DNA of 60,610 nucleotides, counting the filler, from Sphacelaria rigidula (taxonomy: Eukaryota): NCBI GenBank assembly GCA_964200075.2. It is 7 parts of 7 records of this genome, joined end to end, with 100 filler letters (N's around TTAATTAATTAA, not from the genome) between each part and the next. Parts side by side here need not be neighbours in the genome. Positions count along the whole stretch, not along the records: positions 43,368 to 51,939 come from CAXNAA020010740.1; positions 52,040 to 60,610 come from CAXNAA020010741.1; 5 more parts are not named here. One strand, given 5' to 3'. The notes beneath the pieces are model-generated. The model was not told the origin of the DNA. It saw only the letters and a list, made by a program, of their open reading frames with translations, and did not search any database. The stretch's first letter is position 1. Each line of letters begins with the position of its first letter. Of the stretch, positions 51,755-60,610 are shown piece by piece. The translations under genes were made by a program, and so were the position numbers.

Positions 51755-51939
51755 CTGTCTCGAAAGGGATGCGTAGTCAATGGTCAAACGACTAAGGCAA
51801 GCAACAAATGAGTACGCCCTCCCCCTCCCCCCCCCACCCCCTCCGCCTACACTCATGGCTATAGCATGCATGATCATGAGTACACCCCCCTCCGCCTGGT
51901 CCAGCGAGAACCCGGCGTGCTCTGTCCCGGCTTTGTAGG
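51755..51939. repeat. Cluster of MITE-like family termini at contig end
   Basis: Reverse-complemented left terminus at 51755-51825, then right-arm fragments (catgatcatgagtacacccccc; cccggcgtgctctgtcccggctttgtagg). Confidence 0.72.
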
Positions 51940-52039
51940 NNNNNNNNNNNNNNNNNNNNNNNNNNNNNNNNNNNNNNNNNNNNTTAATTAATTAANNNNN
52001 NNNNNNNNNNNNNNNNNNNNNNNNNNNNNNNNNNNNNNN
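51940..52039. other. Artificial contig linker
   Basis: N44-TTAATTAATTAA-N44. Confidence 0.98.
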
Positions 52040-52190
52040 CGTCCCGGCTTTGTAGGGATGCGAGGTCAATGGTCTGATGACTGTGGCATGCATGACCATG
52101 AGTACACCACCCTACGGTGTCCGATACAAAGCGCATGGGGGGGTGGCTTACTCATTCGTTGCTTACCTTAGTCGTTTGAGCGTTGACCAT
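52040..52190 (+). repeat. Right terminus followed by left terminus of MITE-like family
   Basis: cgtcccggctttgtagggatgcgaggtcaatgg...gagtacaccaccc, then gggggggtggcttactcattcgttgcttaccttagtcgtttga. Confidence 0.72.
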
Positions 52191-52428
52191 AGCGCATGGG
52201 AGAGAAAACAACAAAGAGGTAAAAGCAGCTTTCGCATCGACACACCGTGAATAGTCATCGAATCCACGCGGTACCTTTTTTCTGTATTGATGCTTCACGC
52301 CCACGACGTAAGTTGTGTTGTGTTGTTCCACCGCGGCTCACACGCTCATCACTCATTCTCATTCCTCCCCATGTGCCCGCCACACGCCATTCCGTGCTGC
52401 TGCGCCGCGTGCGCGCCTCATACCCAAG

Positions 52429-52622
52429 AACGCGGGAGAGAAACGCTTTCATGCCGAGGTGCCGACGTCGCCGTTTGAAGTCGCTCAGCACGTTCTCGAG
52501 CTGGTGTTTCACACTGCGGATGCAGACCAGTCCGAGCACATCGACCAGGCAGAGTTTGTCGAGGCATTGCGCCAGCTTGGTTGCTCGATCGCGCTAGACG
52601 TCGCTCGCCATTGTCTCGCAAG
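52429..52622 (+). CDS. EF-hand protein, first visible exon (EF-hand 1)
   Basis: LELVFHTADADQSEHIDQAEFVEALRQLG, a canonical DxDxSxxIxxxEF loop; donor ag|gtgtgt; acceptor position (ccaag|) tentative. Confidence 0.8.
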
Positions 52623-53970
52623 GTGTGTGCTCCGTACAGCATGCATTCCGACGAGAGAACCGGATGTAATAGAAGTCGAAAACCGTTGCTACGGTCGAAT
52701 CAGATGAACCGCAATCTTTCCCCCCACGAATTTGTTTTTCATCAATTGGGTGCGAGCGTGCGCTTCTTTTTTGCACGAGATCTTTTCAACAGAAGCCGTG
52801 TTGCAGATCCCGGCCATTAAAACAAAAAAAACACTAGTTCTGAGTGATGCTACGGTAGGGGTGCACAAATATTTCCTGAGGTTTGAATTGTTAGGAGACC
52901 TTTATCTAATGCAAAATGCGACCTATGAAAGTATGTGAGAGTACGCCAGGATTACTACTCTAATGTGCTTGAGATATACCGAATGGATTTGCAAACGGGG
53001 ATGTCCTGACCCATATTTTTTTTGCATCTTGAGTCGTTAGGAGCCCCTGAACTAGGCATAATTTCGCGGAAAACGTGCACCCCTACCGTAGCATTGCTCT
53101 TCTGCTTCTTTTTTTGTTAAGTCGTAGTCTACTCTTTTCGTCTGTTCTACCTATTTGTTTTCTTCAGTTTTCCTCAGGGAGCGCTTCTTTTTCGTTGTAT
53201 CTCGGGCACGTCTATCATGTGGATAATGACCATGATTGGATTATGACTACCTGGGGGATCCGCTTATGTGCGGCACCACAATAAAAACTATTTTTCGCCT
53301 TCCTGCGCCTACAAGCGGCTTTTTTTTGTGTCTCGGTTAGCTTGGCACTGAATGGCGTCTGCCACCGGCGCAATTGCAAACAGCGCCCGAGGTTCCCTCC
53401 AGAAGACAAACATGACGTGTCTCTCGTCCGCGAGTAAAACGCGAAGCGAGCGCGTCACAACAATATGTGCCCATGCACTTTGCTGTTTTTTCCAGCTGTT
53501 CGTGTGTCCAACGCGGTAACTGCGGTTTGATTTTTCCGTAACACCTGTGTCGTTTGTTTCGTCTCTTGCCGTTTGATCCTGCGTGAACCCATGATGTTTC
53601 GAAAACTGAGTGGTGAAACGCATCTCCCTCGTGCTGCGGAGTCAGTCCGCCATTATCGTGCATGATGCGCGATAATCGTTTTTATTGTTTTCGAACCACC
53701 CACGAATTTGTTCTCGTAGGTAGGTGTCTGGCACGGTAGCTTGTGTTTGCCAGCGACACAGTAGTCACGCACTGCAGCAGTTGGCTGCAGCGTACGCACG
53801 TGAGTTCAGCGTCCACCGCCGTATGTCTGACGCCGTCGAACTTACTACTGTGACATCATCGTCAGCCCGAGACTAAGCGGTGGTATATTTTCATCTCTGT
53901 CCATGCTTACCCAGCTCTCTGCCGCTGCACACACCCGCGCTGCTTGTCGCTTTTCATCAAACTCGCACAG

Positions 53971-54111
53971 TTATGACATTGACCGGAGTCGGACGGTCGA
54001 GATCGGAGAATTCGTGGATTTCATGACGCACGAGTTCCTGGTCCACATACCGCCGCCCCCGGGATACTGGTGCGAGCCCTCCGCCGCCGGAAGGCCATGG
54101 GAGATCCCTAA
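53971..54111 (+). CDS. EF-hand protein exon 2 (EF-hand 2)
   Basis: cacag| ... |gtgagt; SYDIDRSRTVEIGEFVDFMTHEFLVHIPPPPGYWCEPSAAGRPWEIP. Confidence 0.87.
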
Positions 54112-54732
54112 GTGAGTCGGCGACTAAATCTAACTCGGACGCTATTCGTAACCCTTGAGAAACAGGTGTCAACAGGAGCTCAACTATCGTTGTGGTTCGC
54201 GCAAAAGTTCACAAGACATTTCTTGACACCTTGCACGCGAACATGTGGACATAGGTCATTGTTGAAAAGACCAGATGATGACGCCTCAAGAAGTACATGA
54301 AGGCTAAAATACACGAGGTTTTTTTTTTCACTCATGCAAGGTTTCTCCCCCGGTTGCTGGTGTGAATTTGCCGACGGTAGCATGCTGAAGTTTTCGCGGG
54401 TGTTGGAAGCATACCTTCTCCCGCTCGTCGTAAATTTCGAGCAACTACAAGACATTCAGAAAGAAGGGTGCAGTGACCACGTGAAAAATTATAGAGATTG
54501 GGCACATTTTGGGGGGAAAATATCGAGAGATGGATACTGTGCTCAATAGTTGTTGTGCGGATGATTTGAACTCGCACCGGGTCCTCGTTTCTTATTGTGC
54601 AAGGCGGCTGGCACGTCAGGTCCCTGCAAATGTCGGCAAGACATTTCCCCAAAACCCATTGCTGCAAAAACCTGTGCGTAAAAATACTCGTGTCCCTTAA
54701 GTAATGCACTCAACGTCCTATTCCCCCCCACC

Positions 54733-55043
54733 CATGAGGCAGTCTAAAAGCTGTGGCTGTCGCTGGAAGTGGCGATACCACAGAATAAAGCAACTCATTG
54801 GAGGCTGTCATCCAAATGCAAGATAATCAGTAGGCGTTGGGCCAAACAATCTTAGCAGGGTGAAGCTCACCCTTCATTCATGCGACTCGCCGAACCCACC
54901 TCGGCGCTTCGCGCTTGGTGGTTTGAGTGCGAGCCTGGTCCGGCGAAAACCCGGCGTGCTCCGTCCCGGCTTTGTAGAGATGAGATACGAGGTCAATGGT
55001 CTTATGACAATGGCATGCATGATCATGAGTACAACCCCCCCCC
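54733..55043 (+). repeat. About 300-bp right arm of G/C-tract-ended MITE-like family (intronic)
   Basis: Homologous to the reverse complement of 23520-23820; ends catgatcatgagtacaaccccccc. Confidence 0.8.
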
Positions 55044-55106
55044 CGCGCGCGCGCCCGCGCGCTCTCGCCTTACACAACGTATTATCCGCATTGTTGTGGT
55101 CGTCAG

Positions 55107-55263
55107 AGGAGGCAAGCTTCGCATGACGGTGGTGGCGGATCATGTGGCCCCAGCTCATGCAGAGGTGGCATCGGCGGACGCGGTAGAGGCCGTGATATCC
55201 AACATTCGTTTTTCGGCGAAGACAGAACAAGATCGACTGGAGATGTTCCATCTGGCCACGGAG
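55107..55263 (+). CDS. EF-hand protein exon 3 (GC donor)
   Basis: gtcag|; KGGKLRMTVVADHVAPAHAEVASADAVEAVISNIRFSAKTEQDRLEMFHLATE; gag|gcgagt in phase 0. Confidence 0.78.
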
Positions 55264-55797
55264 GCGAGTATAGAAAGTCATTTGAAATAGTTGAAACGCA
55301 GGGTGATTAGAGGGGGCCCTACTGATGCACATCAGGAGAAAAGGAGCACCGTGCCCACAGAATTTCGCTTGTCGTTGTGCTGTGGCGATGAACAACATCC
55401 GTTTGTTGCTACTCACTTCAAGCATTCGGTTTCGGCCAAGACCAAACAAGACCACCTGGAGCTCTTCACCTTGCCACGAGCCATGATCGAGGACTCTCCT
55501 GAAGGACCCCTAGGCGACGAAATATGACACGGCGACTTCTGAAGGAATTTTGAACGGTGCTACTGGTAGCACTGATAAGTCGATGGGTTCTAGTACGCCC
55601 GACTTCACCACCTGCAAAGAGGCAGCTCTGATATGACTATCACCCTACTCATAGGGACAAAGAATCAGGGCAGGCTCACTTGCAATTTCGAACATATCTG
55701 ACGTTAGCGGTGGATGTCAGATATGTATGTTTTCTATTCCATCGTTGCTGTCTCCCTGCCCGTTGTCCAACAATGCACACGATGATGTTTCCTACAG

Positions 55798-55899
55798 GGA
55801 ACCGATTTCTACATGACAAGCCTGAAAGCGCAGGCCGTCATCAATGAATGGAACAACGGTATCAACCTGGTCGACATTCTCGAGGTCCTTCTGCCCCAG
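55798..55899 (+). CDS. EF-hand protein exon 4 (GC donor)
   Basis: ctacag|; GTDFYMTSLKAQAVINEWNNGINLVDILEVLLPQ; cag|gcgaga in phase 0. Confidence 0.78.
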
Positions 55900-55938
55900 G
55901 CGAGATTTCCGTTCTCCTTGCATAATTGTGTGTGCCAC

Positions 55939-56260
55939 GCCGCGCCCCGGTGGTGTAATGGTCCGATTGTCGCCATTAGGGTGGAGAGAACGGGGGTTCG
56001 ATTCCCGATGCATGCGTTGGTGTTTTTCTTCGTGGTATCTCATTTCCACCGTGGAAAGCGTGAGAACGTGAGTAAACAAAAGTAGTCGACTGCGTTTGTG
56101 TGACGTGAGTTGACGCGGTGCGGGAGTGCTGACCCAATCCGCGAGACCAAAATGAAAGACACGTACCGGGGGAGAGATGGGTTGATCCGTTGAGACCACG
56201 GACTCATCCCAAGGAAGAGGAGGGGTTCAAAGTGTGAGGAAAAAAAAGAAAAAAAGTGGA
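55939..56260 (+). mobile_element. tRNA-derived SINE (intronic)
   Basis: A-box TGGTGTAATGG and B-box GGTTCGATTCC; body shares gagatgggttgat...gagacNacggactc...cccaaggaag with the 56486 copy. Confidence 0.7.
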
Positions 56261-56485
56261 CGTCGAACCCACGCGGGGGAAAATGCCTTCGATCGAACTT
56301 TTTTTTATTTTTCCTTGAAGGAAGGAGGGAATCTCACTCCAACACGTACCCCCGCAAATGGGTACGCGTGACGATTGCCTGGAGGCTCGGTTAAACCGCC
56401 TCGCGGCAGCCATGTGGAGTAGACGCCTCGAGCGTTCGGAAAGCTTTGCTCAAGGCGTGTGTCATGGTAGTGCCGTGCTCCGGCA

Positions 56486-56872
56486 GCCGCCTTCCGGTGG
56501 TCGAATGGGGGCAACTGACACCATCAGGTTGGAGAAAAGCGGGAGTTCGATTACCGGCGGATAGGTTCGTTTGTTTTATTTGTTGTTTGCAGAAGTATCT
56601 GATTTCCATAGCTGAAAACAAGATAACGTGAACATAAAAAAAAAAGAGTCCAATTGTCGAGATTCCACTCGGTGCAGGAGCGCTGGTGGTCATGATCCAA
56701 TACGTTATCTCGACTATCAAGACGCGTTCCGGAGTAGAGATGGGTTGATGATCCCTTGAGACTACGGACTCGCTCCCAAGGAAGGGAGAGGGCTGAAAGA
56801 GTGCAAAACCTACGTGCGTTTCTGAGTGTTCGATTATACCCTTGTCGACGTGAAGTGCGACAATCAATCAAA
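56486..56872 (+). mobile_element. tRNA-derived SINE with (CAAT)n tail (intronic)
   Basis: A-box TGGTCGAATGG and B-box-like GAGTTCGATTA; ends aagtgcgacaatcaatcaa. Confidence 0.68.
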
Positions 56873-57264
56873 ATTGGTCAATCGATGGGAAGGACCTGCT
56901 GCTTTGACAGAAAATTGTTCATGGTGACAAAGGTTTCGCGGTCATTATTCTCCGGTGACAATAATCACGGACTGCACTGCCTACGGCAGATAACGTGTGC
57001 TCTTGGCGTTCTCCTGTCACAAACGAAACTTCGTGTTTTTCATGAAAACTCACTCCATGCGAATAACCATCTTGGGCCGGGTTTGGTTCATACCACAATT
57101 ATGTTTTTCGGCCGTTTCTCACTCGCTGTACTTGTTCCACACTATCGTGCCAGAAGCCAGGATACTTGTCCTTTTGGACGACAATGTGAGGCATCCGTTC
57201 ATGTGCAAGTGACAGCAAGTGAGATGACACGACGTGCGTGTTTGCCGAACGCGCTGCATCGCAG

Positions 57265-57351
57265 ATGTCAACGGCAAGAAACGTGGTCTCCCTAGTGGAG
57301 AACAACTTGACCTACCAGCAGAAGCTCGAGCTCCGCAATAAGCTAGGTCAG
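57265..57351 (+). CDS. EF-hand protein exon 5
   Basis: cgcag| ... |gtgcga; MSTARNVVSLVENNLTYQQKLELRNKLGQ; phase 0-0, missed by the ORF track. Confidence 0.8.
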
Positions 57352-58301
57352 GTGCGAAGTCCGTACATTCGCCGGAGAGGGCGACGATAGAATAGGAGTA
57401 CCGCTTCCCATTGAACATCACTACCGGTTTGCTGGATACTGCAGGGGTCATCGGGGCAGGAAATATTCGGTGACATACAGAGCCCACCGGAGTTACACCA
57501 TGTCTCAGCAGACAGACTTCTTAGTTTAACAGAGCCGTCCGTACTTTCGATACGAGTACCGGCAGCCTGCGCGATTTCCCATGTATTTTATCATCCGAAC
57601 GGTAGAGTGGTATGGCCAACATAGAGCACTACAGCACAGTATTTACCAACACGCTAGCATCTACACGCTGGCGATCATCAGCACCCAAATCATTGTGAAG
57701 TATCACTACCGGCTTGGTCCGGTTTGCGCTCACCCCGCTATAGTAGCGTGTAGCCTCGATCATGAAAATATTGTGGCACTCAACGATATCTGAGTCGGAC
57801 TGGCTCCTTGGTTCTCGAGCCGTTCTTGCCCCATTGCGCGTCTAGCTTTACGGTCTGAGACAAACTGAACCATCTCACTTGCTGCCACACCGTGTTCGGT
57901 ACGTATAACGAACTCCCTCCGTCGCGGCGGCGGGTGTAAGGTGAGGCGGATATCGAGGTCGATTTTGCTTAAAAGACGATGATGACTGTGGCAATCACAC
58001 ACCGTGTTGTCCCGCCCGCCGCCCCAACGGGGGAAAAATCCGTCGCCTCCTTTTTCTCGCTCTCTCTTTAGCCCGAGAAAGAGAGAACGGACGCTCGACG
58101 ACAACGTTGCCTTCTATCATGTGACCATGGCTGGATCTCTGGGGGGTCAGTTAAAATACGGTAGTCAATCAATCAGTTCAACCAACCAACCAATCGATCA
58201 ACGGCGCGCTTTGTGCAGCACCTTACCTCATGCCTCACGTGCGCACAGAACTCTGCACAATGTCGAACCCCTCATGATATCGCTTGAACACCCCTTCGCA
58301 G

Positions 58302-58457
58302 GCCTGGGCACCATTGGTAGGTAATCCCACCGGAACATACTGCCTCGACTTGGCCGACAAACGACACCGAATCGCAATCCGTCGGTTGGCCATGATAAAC
58401 CACGCCGAGAGGGCACGCGGCCTTAGCGGCGATGCAGGCCACCTCGATACTTCGCAG
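58302..58457 (+). CDS. EF-hand protein exon 6 (NPTGxYxLDL motif)
   Basis: cgcag| ... |gtgaac; AWAPLVGNPTGTYCLDLADKRHRIAIRRLAMINHAERARGLSGDAGHLDTSQ. Confidence 0.85.
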
Positions 58458-59057
58458 GTGAACACCACGATTTTGTTGCTGGTATTGCACGGTGGAAAGC
58501 GTCGTACAGAAGAGAAGAACCGATGCAAACTGTCGAGGACAAGACCACGGAGCAGCATACATGACTATCCGAGCAGTACGTTCACATTCGCTGCACGTTT
58601 ACACCGAGGACGCACAAAGGAGTAGGGAGAACATACAACAGTAGTCACCACCCGAAGCTGCGTCCGCGACAACCCTTTTAGCCTGGTCGTCGGTGCAGTA
58701 GTCTCAAGCACAAAAATGGTTTTTACCGCGATGCAATACACCAGGACATGGCGATAGGCCCGCGCGGCACAGCTGCAAGGCGTACAAAAGGGAAATCTCT
58801 TCGACGGCGACATATCCCAATGAGCAGCATCATACAGATTTCGCTTGGTATTTCCCTTGACCAAAACCCTACGCCTATTGCTACCGTGAGGCTTCGTCTG
58901 CAACATAATCGAACCATTCACCTGCTTGATCGGCAAGGGATTCTTCGAGGTTCCCCCCTGGTCAACCTTGTCGCTATGTCGTTCTGTTCGACTTCTTCCT
59001 GTTCTTCTGTTTTTTCTTTCTTCAGCGAGTGTCACAATTTTGTTCTCTTGGGTACGT

Positions 59058-59136
59058 CTATCATGTGACCGCGGCTGGATCATGACCCCTGCGGGGTCAG
59101 ATAAAGTGCGACAATCAATCAATCAATCAATCAATC
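59058..59136 (+). repeat. Non-LTR retroposon 3'-end with (CAAT)n tail
   Basis: ctatcatgtgaccgcggctggatc...tcagataaagtgcgac(aatc)n; related ends at about 53212, 58113 and 59392. Confidence 0.65.
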
Positions 59137-59472
59137 AGCAACTTTCCCGGCGAAACAAGTACTGTGCCCGCCTTAACGAAGCGTAAGATAAATTATCTTC
59201 GTACTCTCAGACACGCATTGCTCCTCGCCCCGACGGTATGACCTCTCATCCTTGTTGGATTATCCAACGATACGAAACAACCGGCTAGCTGTCCTTCTTC
59301 ATTTATTTTTTCTTCATCTGCTCCCCCCCCCCCCCCTGTTTTTTGTCAATTTCCCTCTAGCTAGCGCTTCCCTTTATTAAGCACGTCTGTATTGTGACAA
59401 CGGCAGGATTCCTGGAGGATCAGTTACCGTGAAAGAGCCAAGTCAGTCAGTCCATCAATCAACCAATCAATC

Positions 59473-59528
59473 AATGTATTCATGAATCAATGAATGTATT
59501 CATGAATCAATGAATGTATTCATGAACC
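59473..59528. repeat. 20-bp minisatellite, about 3 copies
   Basis: aatgtattcatgaatcaatg repeated. Confidence 0.8.
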
Positions 59529-60206
59529 AACTAACGAATGTCAGCACTCGAGTGATGCCGCGATAGCCCCCCTCCCAAAAAACAAAAAAAGCAAGGTGGC
59601 TGGTTTGAGGAGGCGAAGTCAACAGAACGAGCACCGAGCAGCTGGGTACTCCCTTGCTTGGGATCGTTTTCGCCAATATCGCCCATATGAGGCGCTTTAT
59701 GCAGTCTGACCCCAGCTATTTTGCGCTGTATGTCCATGTCCTTCGTGACAGGTTCGGGGCTGGTTCAGGAGGAGGGACGGGGGGGGGGAGTGTCGCGGCA
59801 TCACTCATCCCTGAGAATCGTCATCTGTGTAAACGAGGCCTCACACATTATATTCCCCCGAAAACAGCGTTTTCGTGAGATTGAGAGTAGAGCGCGGATC
59901 GAGAGTGGCTTTGATTCTTGGCTTAAACTTAGCCATTTTATCATTCCGAGTGTGCGTTTCTTTGCCTCCATCACTGCCGTGTGCTCACAGCTACACGTCG
60001 ATATCCTACTCAGGGATATCAAGGGCCTCAATGGCAAGCTACTGTACTACAGGAACAATATCGGGCCTCGTGGAGGATCACTTTGGAACTGAAACGATTC
60101 ATTCACGAACTAATCGCTTTTCACTCTCAATTGTATCCTCTCCTCTTAATCTCACGAAAACATTGTTCCGCGTATCTCCGAACCTGGTGGCCCGACCGCC
60201 GCTCAG

Positions 60207-60386
60207 AGAGGCTTCTGGAACAACTTTCGTAACGAGACTTTCAACGGCCATGCTTTTCCCGGGCGCGGACTGGAAGGGCGATGGTTCGTCAACATGCCCT
60301 CCAAGGGGAAGCTACGATTTGACTACGTATCGACCTCCCGACCGCCACGGAGGACCTGTCCACTCAGCGAACGCCGCTTTATTCAG
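60207..60386 (+). CDS. EF-hand protein exon 7 (gene likely continues beyond the window)
   Basis: ctcag|; RGFWNNFRNETFNGHAFPGRGLEGRWFVNMPSKGKLRFDYVSTSRPPRRTCPLSERRFIQ; probable donor cag|gcaaga. Confidence 0.82.
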
Positions 60387-60610
60387 GCAAGAATGTCCTT
60401 ATACGCGCTGCCGTGCGCACGTCCCTACATAGACCGTGCGCGAATGAAGGCGAGGAACAGTTCGGAATACTCCATGGCGTACAGTGGTGGATATCCTGTG
60501 GCAAATTCAGTGCATTAATGAGAGACCAAGGCCACCTGAAACCCCCCCCCCCCCCCCCCGCCCCCCCCACGGGCTGCCGGGCCGCCTGCCCCCCCTCTCC
60601 CAGGCTGCGG

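Noticed and set aside
51900..52100. Contigs 6 and 7 overlap (gtcccggctttgtagg) and are truly adjacent
   Set aside because: The shared sequence is the high-copy repeat at which several contigs break, and contig order follows length.
55939..56015. Functional tRNA gene (also 8467, 20449, 56486)
   Set aside because: A and B boxes are present but I could not fold acceptor and anticodon stems, and the heads continue into shared repeat bodies, so these are SINEs.

Overview
Intron-rich eukaryotic nuclear DNA, most likely from a stramenopile such as a brown alga (inferred from the long repeat-filled introns and protein sequences). The window is not one locus. It is seven separate contigs of 8574, 8574, 8574, 8573, 8572, 8572 and 8571 bp, joined in size order by artificial 100-bp N44-TTAATTAATTAA-N44 linkers. 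Contig 1 holds the last 8 exons of mitochondrial elongation factor G1 (GFM1), with one GC-AG intron and nested transposon-derived insertions. Contig 7 holds 7 phase-compatible exons of an uncharacterised EF-hand protein with an NPTGxYxLDL...FRNE...GKLRFDYVS module, and 3 of its 7 donors appear to be GC. The other contigs are mostly repeat debris: a truncated Ty1/copia element with a half-tRNA-Met type PBS, tRNA-derived SINEs, several MITE and foldback families, isolated exons and unidentifiable decayed ORFs. I found no convincing novel multi-gene system. The most unusual signals are the GC-donor density, a tandem unit whose hairpin loop is flipped between copies, the internal repeat in the EF-hand protein, and an intronic exon duplicate diverged mainly at synonymous sites.
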